From Octopus sinensis (taxonomy: Eukaryota), in the NCBI RefSeq assembly GCF_006345805.1, contig NC_042998.1:124682001-124746000 (forward strand): a stretch of 64,000 nucleotides of DNA, written 5' to 3'. The position numbers were made by a program, and so were the translations under genes. Of this stretch, positions 14,991-28,098 are shown one piece after another. Position 1 is the stretch's first letter. Each line of letters begins with the position of its first letter. Below the pieces are notes generated by a model that saw nothing but the letters and a program-made list of their open reading frames with translations, had not been told where the DNA came from and made no database searches.

Positions 14991-15219
14991 GTGTGTGTGT
15001 ATGCATGCATGCATGTATTTATGCAGTGAGAGATTGGGAGAGAGAGAACAGAACTAGGAAGGCCAATAGACACAGGTGGGCATAAAGCGTGTATTTACGT
15101 ATTTACGGGGAACACAAAATACAGAGTTCAGAATAAAGAAAAGAACCTACTTATGTTTTGTTTGCTAATTCCAATAAACAAGAGCTCATGGTCGTATTAG
15201 ATACATTGGGTTACGGAGT

Positions 15220-15274
15220 GGATTTGGCTGAGGAGACACCCAAAGAGTTCGAAATACCATGGTGTCTTGAAGTC
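15220..15274 (+). ncRNA. Possible degenerate hammerhead ribozyme
   Basis: CTGAGGA core, GAAA, palindromic TACCATGGTG stem III and GTC triplet are present; stem I is mostly G-U pairs and stem II only 2 bp. Confidence 0.3.
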
Positions 15275-16229
15275 TCTTTATGCCGGTTAATTCTGTTAAT
15301 AACACAAAACAACAGCGGTCAGGATATTTATGTTCGAATCTGCCAAAACGTATAAAGAATGGATAAGCTACTGTTTGGAGAGTAGCTCTTCTACGCTCAA
15401 ATTACGAACCTTTTTCTCCAAATATTTGTTATAATTTCTACAAAAATGTAGAGTTAATCAGCGTCGCAATTAGCGCTACTCGCCCACTCCACACAAAAGT
15501 GCACGATACCCCATGCTTTATGTTCAGTTACATTTCTTAGAAATAAATACATTTCTAATAAATAAATAGGCCCACTCATGCACGCATGTGCGCGCCTATT
15601 TATATGCGTATCTGTATCTTCTGGGTTGGCTGGCGTGCAACAGCAGATGAGAAAATAGTGAATGACAGCAAACAATAGCGAAGAACTAGAGAAGAAAGTA
15701 GATTTTAGGGAATGGACTACATAGAAGGTCTTACTTGTCTTCACGGGTGACCATCAAGTCTTAAGTAGATGCATTCTTGTCATATGTATATGTAACATAT
15801 TCATGCATACGCTCACAGACATGCTAAAACAAAATAGGCAAAAGCATGCTCCTCAAATAGAAAACCTGTGCAGTTATACACATCTGCAACTGTACGAACA
15901 ATAATTGGAAATATAACTTTTCTACTGAAACGATGGCTATGCATTGCAGAGATGAATATTTCTTATGCAAATACAATTTCTCCATTTCGCTGATTTTCAT
16001 TTGGATTTGATCAATTGAATTACGCTCTATATCATTGACTGATTGCGCAGAGTATTGAAATAATCGAAAAAAAAGAAATCGAAAGCTATATATTTCTTGT
16101 ATTTGTTTGAATTTCTATCATCAGAGAGTTTGAGTATGAGATGCAAATTTGTTGGGAATATACCTAGCCCGAAAAAATGATTTATTTTATACGCTGGTAT
16201 AAGCATAAATGATTCGCATATATCGGCAA

Positions 16230-16260
<31 letters not shown>

Positions 16261-16367
16261 TACACACACACACATACACACACACATACACACACACACA
16301 CAGATCACAAATACTCATGCACACATTTACACATATCAAACACGGATACATTATTATATTATACATA

Positions 16368-16602
16368 CAGGGAGGCCCAAAACCTGGTTTACTGTTATCA
16401 CGTAAGCACTTTAATTTTCTTTTAAAACATTTTATTATATTTAAATTTGTAGCTTACAAACTGAAAAGAAAATTGACAAAATTAACTAAATTAGCATAGA
16501 ATAATGGTTTTATATTTCTTTATAATTAAGATCTAAACTGTTAATATATGAATGCCAAAGACATAGTTTGAATAACTGTAAACCAACTTTTGGGCCATCG
16601 TG
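16368..16602. mobile_element. Tc1/mariner-type MITE (235 bp)
   Basis: Imperfect ~31 bp TIRs (cagggaggcccaaaacctggtttactgttat vs cacgatggcccaaaagttggtttacagttat), TA on both sides, AT-rich non-coding interior. Confidence 0.8.
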
Positions 16603-16794
16603 TATTATGCACGCATACGTTATTATATACGTATATTATACACGCATACTTTACGTATATGTATGCTTATATTTATGTATACACACACACGCATACATAC
16701 ATCTGAATATATATATACATATATACTTATATATGTATATATATTTGTGTGTATATATATATGTATGTGTGTGTGTATGTGTGTATATATATAC

Positions 16795-16825
<31 letters not shown>

Positions 16826-17732
16826 AATACATATATTAAAAACATAGACACAATATATATGCACATGTGTGGGTGGGTGCCAGAGAAAGAGAGAGAGTAT
16901 GTGTGTGTGTGTGTATGTGTGTGGTGGGGTGATTCTGTGGGCGCGTGTTATGGTTACTTCACTTTTATGATTTCCGCTAGTTTCTCTTTTTCTTCGTAGT
17001 TTCCATTAAATTTTTGTCTTATCTATCTTCTCTTCAGAAATATATGATTTCGTTTTTGCTTTGTTTTGAGTAATTTTTGTTTCTTTCTCACAGCTTAATC
17101 ACTGCGAGGACAAAAAATATCTCCTTAAATGATTATAACGTTAATAAATGTTGCTGTACTTACATTGTTTCATTTCTTTATTTTATGTTTTGCTTATGTT
17201 TGTTGTCATTTTGTTGTTTTGCTTTAGCATTTTTTCTTATATTCACTAACATTTCACGCCCTTACTTGTTGATAGAATCCTTATAAAAATCGAAACTTAT
17301 TGAAGTGGTATATTACAACAGTTGTAATTGATTTGTATTAGTTTGTGTTATTTTTTTCTTTCCCAATCATTTCGTTTCTGTTTTTTACTTGTTTTTTTAA
17401 TTATTTCACATGGAAATATTTCCTTACGTTAAATTGTGTTGATTTAAATGCTCAGAATAATTAGTTTTACTGCTGGATACCTAGGTGCAAATATCCTCTA
17501 TCGAAATAGCAGCAAATCAAATTGTTTATCAGCAAAAAGTCATGATTTGTTACGGGTAGGAGCTGAGTAATTACATAATTTTAATTATTTCTGGCATGTT
17601 TATGTTCAGGAATGATACTGCAATGAGAAGGAAGAAGAAATATTTATTAAGCGCCTTGGCTATATCTAATATAAAATTGGATAACAGGAAAAGTTATGCG
17701 AAAGAAACCATAAATACATACTTACATATGTG

Positions 17733-17803
<71 letters not shown>

Positions 17804-17810
17804 TTATAAT

Positions 17811-17842
<32 letters not shown>

Positions 17843-17950
17843 TTCACATATATATATATATATACACACATATATTCACATATATATATACACATGCATA
17901 CAGATATCTATATTATGTGGGTAGGCATTTAAATAGATATGTATTTAATA

Positions 17951-18007
<57 letters not shown>

Positions 18008-18179
18008 GCATATTTAAATATCTATGTATATACGTATGTGTATACATAGGGTAGAAATACCTTGAGAGTTTATTGTGCAAATAGTGGAAATCATAGAAGT
18101 GAAGTACATTGACACATGGACACACACCACACACGCATATACTCACAGATATGTGTGTATATAGATATGTATGTATGTT

Positions 18180-18216
<37 letters not shown>

Positions 18217-18419
18217 ATGTATGTGTATATACATACATATACATATATCCATAAGTGTGTAAGTATACACGTAGAATGTATGTGAAGCAACATGAACGAA
18301 TGGTTACGCTGTTCACTCACGATCACAATGGCGGGGTTTCATTTCCTCGACCGAGTGATTTGTTGGGTAGTTAAGAAAGACGCTTCATTTCACGTTAATT
18401 CTGTTTAATTAGCAAGACA

Positions 18420-18560
18420 CCCATGTGTTTCCGAAAAAAATTTTTACGCTCAGAATTGCTGAAGAATGGCATAAACTGCTTGCATCAGTTATTAGGTGTC
18501 CAACAACTACACCCTTCAAAACTTTCATGCTTCTTGAACTTGCCAGCATTACATCTGATG
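18420..18560 (+). mobile_element. CR1-like LINE 3' end fragment
   Basis: FPKKIFTLRIAEEWHKLLASVIRCPTTTPFKTFM aligns with FRNMFFIFRIAEGWNKLPALVVSCRDTTSFKISM of the LINE at 62440-63960. Confidence 0.7.
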
Positions 18561-18614
18561 CCCCAACACCTTGTTTCTGTATTTGTAGTGCACCTGGCCA
18601 TTATATAAAAGTTC

Positions 18615-18619
18615 ATTAA

Positions 18620-18680
<61 letters not shown>

Positions 18681-18753
18681 ATTATTATCATCATCATCCT
18701 CATCATCATCATCATCATCATTATTATTATGATTATCATTATTATCACCATCA

Positions 18754-18822
<69 letters not shown>
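18615..18822. repeat. Compound (ATT)n(CAT)n(ATT)n triplet repeat
   Basis: Direct reading; abuts the 3' end of the RLE-LINE. Confidence 0.95.
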
Positions 18823-18824
<2 letters not shown>

Positions 18825-20337
18825 TCTCTTTATCACAGATTTTGTTGGAGCTGTTGGAGTCTTGCATGCGTAGCGGGCTTAATACCTGCAGCCTACGGTA
18901 CCATGATATTCTTTCGTTTCAGCTGTCTAGTACTTTCCTGATTATTCTAGCCGCGCCAAGGAGGCAAAACTCTTGTAACATTTCTACTGAGCACTCTATT
19001 CCAATTTCCTTTACAATTCTCTTGACTCCTTCTTATACTGTTTCCAAGGACCCAACAATAATTGGCACTATCTTCACCTTCTTCATTTTCCTGGGCCGGA
19101 CTATTTCGTACTTAAGAGGTTTATATCTATCAATCCATCTTTTCGCCTCCTTTCTTGACTATTCGTGGGTCAAAGGGGCATGCAACGTCAACTATATAGC
19201 ATATGTGGTGCACCTTGTCCACCACCACTAAGTCCGGTCTGTTACGCTCTAACAGCTGATTGGGTTGGAGGATCCCAGAGGATTTTGCTAGTCTCCGACT
19301 CTGTCACTCTCTATAGTTTGTACTCTATTCATGTATTGGCGAGCAGTGTCTGCACGTGAATGATGGGCTCCATGCATCTTTAGGAACTTTCTTGACTTCC
19401 TGTCCATGTTTTAGCTCTTCCTCTATCCACCTCAAGATTCCAGCACCATACCAAACTACTGCGACAGCGCGCGAGTTTATTGCCGAAATTATGTTTTTGG
19501 CAGTTATCTTTGAAGCCAATACTTTTCTCACTCACCGCAGGTATTTTCTTTTGTCTTTTCCTTCATGTCGTGGATTTTGATTCCATTTGCCTCAAGTATT
19601 CCCAGATATTTAAAGCTGGATTGAGGTTGAATTACCTTCATCGTTCACCACTTGGCAGCCATATGCCTTCTGTCCTGGCCAGCTTTTCTCGTCTCATCAC
19701 CATCGTAGCACATCTTGAGAGTCCAAACTCCATCTTGATATCATTGGAGAAACTGCGCACAGACTGGACCAGGCTGTCCAGTTCTGCCTCAGTTTTTGCG
19801 AATAGCTTCAGGTCTTCCATGAATAGCAAGTGGTTTAGTTTTCCTCACCTCTTCCCAGATCATACCCCAACTTTGTTTTCTGTAGTATTTCACTCAAGGG
19901 GATCATTCCCAGCACGAACATCAGTAGGGACACATTGTCCCCTTGAAGATTTCTCTATTGATTTTTACTCTGGTAGTACTTGCGTCCTTGCTGTCAATTC
20001 CGTTCTCCAGTATGTCATGCTATTCCATACAAGGCTTCTCATATTCTTTGCTATTCCATACATTTCCATTGTTGTTATTATCCAAGAGTGTGGTATCATA
20101 TCGTATGCTTTGCGATAGTCAACACATGCCATGCTCATGTTTGTATGCCTTCTCTTGCAGTTCCTGATAATTAGATTATCAATTAAGAACTGGTACTTCG
20201 TTCCCCAGTTCTTTTTATGGCACCCTTTTTTGTTCAATGGGTAGCAGCCCACTTTTTTCCAAGTATCTGTACAGTTCACCGACCAAAGCACATGGAATTA
20301 GTTTCCACATTGACGGAAGGCATGTTATTGGTCTATT
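18823..20337 (-). mobile_element. RLE-type non-LTR retrotransposon (R4/Dong-like), 5'-truncated, internally deleted, frameshifted
   Basis: RPITCLPSMWKL, GTKYQFLID, VDYRKAYDMIPHSWI, LFMEDLKLFAK (YxDD decayed), AVVWYGAGILRW, then RLE-like YIVDVACPFDPRI. Both ends sit in (TAA)n/(TTA)n tracts. Confidence 0.85.
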
Positions 20338-20361
20338 ATTATTATTATTATTATTATTATG

Positions 20362-20408
<47 letters not shown>

Positions 20409-20959
20409 AAAGCCACATAAATCTATAAAAGAAAGCTTGGTACAATTCCATCCTCGTACATGGGTGACGAATGTGCTACTCATCTGAGTTGATAGCGACG
20501 AAACAACCCCTCCGGTGGGGATTTAGTAGAATGTGTGTTACAAATCAAGGTAAACAACGGTGGCTGGTCCAGTAGTATGTTTACTAGAATTAAATTCGAT
20601 GACAGGAAGTGACAAAAAGTGTAGTAGTTATCACTGTCAAATGCTATATGATAGCTACGTAGTTCGCATCCCGTGAGCTACTATGCTCTTTTGTGCTTCA
20701 CTTTGGGAATGAACTAAAATCACATTGTCAGCATGTTCATTCTTTTAAAATCAGGATAGACACTATAACTCAGTCAGAATTTAGATACTACATAAATAGT
20801 TATAATCTAATAATGTCTAAATGGACAAAAGATGAATATTATTTATCTTATGAAAGTCTAAGTGCAATAGTAGCTAGACAGGTTCTTATAATTTTCTTGC
20901 AGAGAATTAATACAGCTTTAGTTAAACCGCTTTGTTTCATCATCATAGTTACGCCAACT

Positions 20960-20991
<32 letters not shown>

Positions 20992-21723
20992 GAAGGAGAG
21001 AGACATACATACATATATATGGGTATATGCGTGTATATAACTAAATGTGCACACATATTTATGTACCTACATATATATGCACGACAACACTATATAATAA
21101 ATATTTATTTAATGGAATTTCAATAATTAATCAGATCTAATTCAAAATAATACGTCAGAAAAAAATTGTTTTCAGATGTATGTATGAGCCAATTACGACA
21201 CACTACTGCAGAACATACGTAGCATTTTAAACAAAAATACAGAAGCATTTGACAAGCAACCCCACATCCACAAACATGATTGATATGCTGTTTAGTAAGT
21301 GGGAATATACAGTTTCAATTCATGATGTGTCTTATTCATGTCATCATATGTTAGTCAGCAGTAAAGAAAATGTTCGGCTAACAAGTCAGACTATGAACAA
21401 AATCCTTAGATATCTCTTATGCTCCACTTATCTCAAATGAATAGCAGTCAAAAGACATTACAAAACATTTCTAAGTGTGTAAATTTACACCACATTGACT
21501 CATATAAATACTAAATGAGGATTGTTAAACGCCGAGATAAATCCTTCAGCGATAATTGATATTCTTTAGTATTTTGATGAGGCAATATTCCTGTTTATAC
21601 TAAGATGTTCAAATAAATAACTTCCACCTTTTCTTCTTACATTGTTTAACATTTACTAATATATTTTTCAACAAAATAGGTTGCGCTAGAATTTCTTGAG
21701 CTTCTGTAAAGTATAGCAAGAAA

Positions 21724-22725
21724 CAGTAGTGAGTACAGCTAACCAAAAAGTTAGCTTCGCTAATCCGCTAACTAAAAAAGTTAGTTTCTCAAACGCTAAA
21801 CCGCGAAGGCAAAATAAATTGAGCGGAAGCTAACGCTAACTGATAACCGCTAACTTTTATCTTAGTTTGGTTTTTTGGGTTTTGAAAGCTTTCAAAACAG
21901 ACCTAGAGAACTGAAATTTTCTTGTATTAGCTTAGACATAGAGCTTTCCAAAAAGGTATAGCATGCCAAGATCATATGATCAAGATGTACTACTTTGGAT
22001 GGGTGTTCTCCATCGCCTCGATATGATGCTGGTTGCCCTCTACAAACATCAGCCTTTCAAAGTTGCCATCTGATAGGGTGTATCTCTTGGCCCTCAAAGT
22101 ATCTTTGCCTATATAGAATAAGCGTTCAACTGCAGCACTAGATGGGATGGCGGTGTTATATTTGGTAAACTGGTCGATCAAGACCTGTCCACCTAACAAG
22201 GTACATTCAGTCTGGACCTCCATCGAGACGGCCTCCTGCCAGGTCTTCACCAAGTTCTGCGCCTTGAACAGCAGTGACTTGTGGCTCCTGTTCTCGCAGA
22301 ACCGAGTAATGTTTCTGAATAAATCATCTTCCTTGTCTTCAATGCTGGTGGTGCTGCAGCCACCTCATTCATCGTCTTTAGAGCTGTCTCTACGGCGGTC
22401 TCCATGACGTTCGTTACTCTACTAACCTGGCTGAACATACGAAACTTGGGATGGGAAGCAGCGGTCAATTGGCACTCCAGATCTTCTAGGAGGAGCCCAA
22501 AACTTTTCGTGCTGCCTGCCAGTATCGCGTCTACCAGATGACTGCAGCACAGGAGATGTTTGAACGTTGCTTCCTTCAACTTCATTACGGTAACCGTGGA
22601 AGCTAATTGATCCGCTAACGGTTTCCAAAGTTAGTGGAAATGCTAATCCTCTAAACAATAAGTTAGCTTCGCTAATTAGTTACTAATTAGTTGCTAGCGG
22701 ATTAGCAGAACTGTGCCCACCACTG
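21724..22725 (-). mobile_element. hAT DNA transposon, internally deleted; transposase C-terminal pseudogene
   Basis: TIRs cagtagtgagtacag / cagtggtgggcacag (12/15); subterminal gctaac/ccgcta repeats; minus frames give AASHPKFR and KYNTAIPSSAAVERLFYIGKDTLRAKRYTLSDGNFERLMF (hAT dimerisation domain). TSD decayed (gcaagaaa/gaaaagaa). Confidence 0.85.
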
Positions 22726-24100
22726 GAAAAGAACATTTGGCAAGATTTCGTGACTGAGCCCTTTCCTAATCCTCCTTGTTGGCAAATCTCATGAATAAAT
22801 TCAATTTTGCGAATGCAACACCACCAACATTCATGGCTAAGGAGCTGTAAATATTGATGAATTAGATAATCAGGCAGATGATTTATATCTTAAAGTGTTT
22901 CTGTATATGTATATATAACTATGTAAGTATGTATACCAGCATTTCACCGGCTCTTTATATTTTGTGAGAACTAAGGGTTAATTACAATTTCTATCCATAT
23001 CTGAACTGTTGTAAACATATTAACACTTTATTTTGCTCTCAGAATATGAACGCCTAAGAAGTTATCAAACCAAGTGTTATAAAAGTTGGAAAATATCCAG
23101 AACACAACGCTTTTTGGTAGAAATTGGAGTTAAATGTTAAATATCATATATTTGTTACTACAGCTGATCAATACAGTTTGTCAATTGATTAATTGACTTT
23201 CGACTCTTTTGAGAAGAGATATATAGATCCAAAGAACATATCAATAATTTTCTCATATTTTCTCATTGGTTTATAAATTCCGTCTTCGAAGTACTTATGT
23301 AATACGGGAAATTCAGATAACATGGGATAACCCAAACCTATTATTAGAAGACTGCTCTTTCCCCTGTTGACTTACTCGGATTAATAAGAAGAAAAGAGAA
23401 ATGTCTAGGGTAAATTAATATGTAATTTATTATTGATATTCATACTTTCCAGCTTACTTAAATGTAAGGAGCAGACTGCCTATATTACACATGCGCACTC
23501 TAACACGCAAACACATATACACAGACATACATACATACATACATACATAAATACACGCATACACATACACATTTACATACATAAACACACGCAAACAAAG
23601 CTACATACAAAGATGCATACACATACATACATATATATATATATATATAAGAGCAAAGAGGGGTTAAAGGTTCGCTACAGCTGTTTCAGGAGTGGTTTGC
23701 ATCGATGAATAATTCGATTACCTCAGCAGAATAAAAACTTTAAATTTGCTTCGGAGAAAAAATGCCATTATGTGGAATATGGATTGACCTTCACATTTCG
23801 GCTCAATGAAGAGGGAAAAAGGTTGTTTTCATGATGCAATCGAATAAAAAATAAAACTTGTCTGGAACAGCTGTAACGAACCGTTAATCCATTTATTTTA
23901 TGCAAACGACATACTTGGAACGTTCCTTAATTTAGATCTGTAATTGACTCTCCAACGTGGAATTGCATGCCGGTGTGCATAGGTATATAATTTCATGTAC
24001 ATTTGTATCTATATCTACATATAATATATATATATATATAATTCAGATATCTATATGTATATACATATAGTTATATATGTGTATGTATGTGTAAATATGC

Positions 24101-24146
<46 letters not shown>

Positions 24147-24148
24147 CA

Positions 24149-24180
<32 letters not shown>

Positions 24181-24200
24181 CATACATATACATATATATT

Positions 24201-24337
24201 TTTTTCTGTGTCCCTTTCTGTAGAAGAGCGTAGGCTCGAAACGTAAAATACTTTTTCTATTCCTGAGCGTTATACTAATACATCTGTTTGTTTTGTACAC
24301 CACCTGTCTTTGTCTTTTGATTTTTTTCGTAGACTCT

Positions 24338-24340
<3 letters not shown>
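24201..24340 (+). mobile_element. F1 Penelope-like 3' end copy
   Basis: cttt-CTGTAGA-A-GAGC-GTAG-GCTC-GAAA-CGTA at 24214-24245; ends at (AT)n. Confidence 0.75.
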
Positions 24341-24378
<38 letters not shown>

Positions 24379-24379
<1 letters not shown>

Positions 24380-24980
24380 GACGTCTGTTTAATAAGTATG
24401 CTAAAGCATGCAGAATAAAGCCACCTCGCAAAGATTGAACTTGAACTCTGCCGTGCATTTGTACTGATTTTTAACAATCGATTTCAACTCTGCTGTGTAC
24501 AGCAGTGCTTAGAAGGAACTTGTGAAGCATGTGATTGTCACATTGACAAAGACAGAGAAAGTTGCCACGGTGATAATTGCTCAGAGGCCTACACAAATTT
24601 GCAGAAAGTGTATGGAGAAAACTGTATAAGCCGCATACAAAGCTACGAGTGTTACAGACGTTTACAAGATGGCCGAAAAAATATCGATATTGACGAAGGT
24701 TCTGGGAGACCCGCAAGCAGCAGAACTCAGATAAACAACGCAGATGCGCGTACAACTCAGTGCTGGGGAGCGTCGAAACACCTTCCGTGAGATATCAGAG
24801 GATGTGCAGATTACTTATTGTTCAGTTCAGTCTATTATCACAGAAAATTTGGATATGAGACGCGTGTCTACCAAGTTTATACCAAAGCAGCTTTCAGCTC
24901 ACCAAGAAGACACTCGGGTTTCAGTTGCAAAAGTTATCCTTGATTACGCTGGGATCGATGAACACGTTTTGAAAACATTG
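24379..24980 (+). mobile_element. Mariner relic, 5' half
   Basis: Starts TA|cgacgtctgtttaataagt in (AT)n. QKVYGENCISRIQSYECYRRLQDGRKNIDIDEGSGRP (HTH) and ENLDMRRVSTKFIPKQLS resemble the mariner N-terminal and linker region. Confidence 0.8.
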
Positions 24981-24984
24981 CGTT

Positions 24985-25185
24985 GGCCACTGGACAGGTA
25001 TCGCCAAGCTTTTGGCAAAATTTGATGCAGATTCTCTGTTCAACATTTTCTGTCATGGTCAATGCAACGATCACATACTACACACATTCCTTCCAAGCAC
25101 TGCTGTAAACAGCAAAAGTGAGGTAGAACGTTAATTGTAGTGCACATGTGCAGCAAAGGTCAAGATCATTCTGTGCCAAGCGGCA
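24985..25185 (-). mobile_element. Mariner 5' end in inverted orientation (same family)
   Basis: Minus ATG at 25056 gives MTENVEQRICIKFCQKLGDT; upstream sequence is homologous to 24440-24565. Confidence 0.8.
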
Positions 25186-25204
25186 TAGACACAAATATAT
25201 GCGC

Positions 25205-25560
25205 ATTTGTGGCTTTCCAACTATATGATTTGGGGTTCAGTCCCACTGTGTAGCTCCTTCGACAAGTGTCTCCTACTATAGCCTCGGTCCGACCAAAGTC
25301 TTGTGAGTGGATTTTGTAGACGGAAATAAAAGCCCGTCTGTGTTTGTCCCAGCACCATCGCTTGACAAATGATGCTGCTATGTATACGTCCCCGTAACTT
25401 AGCAGTTCGGCAAAAGATTCAGATAGAATGCGTAGCAGGCTTACAAAGAAAGACTCCTGGGGTCGATTTCTTCGACTAAAAGAAAGTCCTTAATGTGGTG
25501 CTCGAACACGGCTGCAGTCAAATAACTGAAACAAGTAAAATAATATAAGAATAAAAGAAC
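25205..25560 (+). mobile_element. CORE-type SINE, diverged near-full-length copy
   Basis: Aligns with 46826-47229, internal microsatellite missing. Confidence 0.85.
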
Positions 25561-25577
25561 ACACACGCATACATACC

Positions 25578-25691
<114 letters not shown>

Positions 25692-25748
25692 ATGCATGTA
25701 TGTATGTATGTATGTATGTATGTATGTATGTATTTATGTATGTATATA

Positions 25749-26110
25749 CAGGGCGTGGGGAATAAACTGTCTTCTAAATCAGTACTAGTCAAAGTGGTGG
25801 TCTGCGGACCGGTGCCTGTCCGCGAACCATCAGCTGCAGGTACTTTGAGAAGCACTGGTCTGTTCGTCTTTGGTGTTACAAGGAGTTTTGTTGGTCTCCC
25901 GTTCAACTGCAACCCACACATAATTATCAAGAGGGTTGCACTCTGGAGAGTGACCAGATGTTAAGGGTGATGTGGTCGCAGAAATTGTCTGACAGTCATG
26001 ACTCGGTTCTCCTGCTTGTGTGACATGGTGCAGGTTCTTGTTGCCAGACATAATTTCTTCCAGCAGCCAAACTCTTGACTCAGGGTAGTACTATCTCCTC
26101 CAGGCACTTG
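25749..26110 (-). mobile_element. Tc1/mariner (maT-like) transposase 3' fragment
   Basis: SPECNPLDNYVWVAVERETNKTPCNTKDE and APCHTSRR resemble the catalytic SPDxNPLDY and DxAPxH motifs; terminus TA|cagggcg. Confidence 0.75.
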
Positions 26111-26271
26111 ACGTAGGACTCCGTACTGAGTCTGCTGTGCAGTACCAGCATGCTAAAATAGCAGTCAAATTGACTGAAACCTTTTTGCCTTCACCTTTTC
26201 GTGTAAGTGAAAACTTGTGGTTTGAATCATTTTGGCTGCTACTTTAGTACTGCATATGGTACCCTTAATTA

Positions 26272-26351
<80 letters not shown>

Positions 26352-27004
26352 AGAGGAGGAGAGAGAAAACAAAGTTGTTTTATTCCATGCGAGTAGCGAT
26401 ATTGGAAAAATAGAAGTTGAAAATGCACTGAGAATATTTAAAATTTTGTTTGCAGAGAATGAATACATGATTGAGTTTATAAACTTTTGTACCTTTCCCG
26501 CTATATCCGTGCGTTAGTGTCATGTGACAGTATATTTGCGCCTAAAAAGAAGGCCGATACGGTTGAGTGAACATGTTTACTTATAATCAAGGCACTCCAA
26601 ATTCAATCTCTACAAACACTTGAGAATATCATTCAAACCATTAATTATTTGGACTTGTTCAGTCAACTGTGTCAGCCTTAACTTACGACGTCAAACATTA
26701 TCACTTAATACTAACACAGGAAAGTAGCGGGAAACCTACAAAAATGTATATAAGATCATTCATGTGACTATCCTCAACCAGGCAAATCCTATTCAAAGTA
26801 TACTAATTTGGGCTATGAACTCCCTATGAAAACAGAGCAAACTTTAAGTCAGAAGCAAGACAGCTGCGACTTAAGCCATGTCTTTCTATTTGAACCTTTT
26901 GAAAATCAGTGTAAACTGTGAAACCGGTTAATGCTTCAAATATATTAATAAAAAATATTTTAACTTCTCTCAGTGCATTTTAAGCTTCTATTTTAATACT
27001 TTTT

Positions 27005-27055
27005 CTTAATACTGATGCGTCAGTTTCAGCAATTTCCGTTGCCTCATCGGTTAAG
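27005..27055 (-). ncRNA. Type I hammerhead ribozyme, U4C variant, full stem III
   Basis: CTTAA-CCGATGA-GGCAA-cggaaa-TTGCT-GAAA-CTGA-cgca-TCAG-TA-TTAAG. All three stems pair; predicted cleavage after A at 27010. Confidence 0.75.
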
Positions 27056-27405
27056 TCAGCTCCACTGAGGCTCTTTCCGTACTCGTTTCGCCATTAGTAT
27101 TTATGTTTTCGTCATCGAAATAATTAGATCATTTAATTATTTAGATATAGATTTATTTGCAAGTCGTGCTAGAAATTGTGATTATTAAGCTTTTTGTTAT
27201 TATCAAACCGGGCGAGAATTCTATGTATGCAACAATATAGTTGAATATTTGTGAACAGCAGATTGAACTCTTGTTTGCCGAATAATTGGGTTATCCAATG
27301 GCCGACTGGTAGTAGCCATTTGCTTATTAATAGCTATACTACCACATTTCCCCAAAGAGTGATATTCCAAAGCTCGTTTTTAAAGAATACTGTATATAGG
27401 AAAAT

Positions 27406-27457
27406 CTTACCATGCTGATGAGACTGAATTAACAATCGAAACATGGTAGTGAATGAG
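27406..27457 (+). ncRNA. Hammerhead-like motif with imperfect stem I
   Basis: CTGATGA-GACTG-aattaa-CAATC-GAAA-C-atg-GTA. Core intact, stem II 4/5; stem I pairs only with an extra unpaired G before C3. Confidence 0.45.
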
Positions 27458-27739
27458 GAGATAGGTCATATCTTTTTAGTTTAATTTTCTATTTCCTAGT
27501 AAACTCTCGGTGTATTTGCTTCTTGTAGATTGGATTATGTTATTTTTGGTCTATTTTCGCACATTGAAAACACTGGTTTTATAACGGGGAAATACATCGA
27601 AAGATGTATCGATATGTTTGTAGGGATATGATTGCATATCAATTACTAATTGCGCACACATATATACACACGCGCGTAAACATATAAACATACATATATG
27701 CACACACCCACACACATATATAGATATAGATACATTTGC

Positions 27740-27805
27740 ATTCTTTTATTCTTTATTCTTTTACTTGTTTCAGTCATTTTGACTGTGCCCATGCTGGAAC
27801 ACCAT
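27740..27805 (-). mobile_element. SINE 3' tail fragment
   Basis: ttcttttacttgtttcagtcattttgactgtgcccatgctggaacacc is the reverse complement of the SINE tail. Confidence 0.8.
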
Positions 27806-27823
27806 ATATATATATATATATAT

Positions 27824-27871
<48 letters not shown>

Positions 27872-28036
27872 CATATAGAGAGAGAGAGTGAGAAAGGAAG
27901 AAGTGGTACGTAGCTAGATAGATATGCATATATGTATGTGTGTGTATACACACACATATATATATATATATATACGTGCATAAATATGTGCATACACATA
28001 TGTATTATTTATATGCATATATATACAGATACACTT

Positions 28037-28086
<50 letters not shown>

Positions 28087-28098
28087 TACATACAAACA

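Noticed and set aside
19480-20118. 212 aa plus ORF
   Set aside because: Antisense frame of the RLE-LINE RT.
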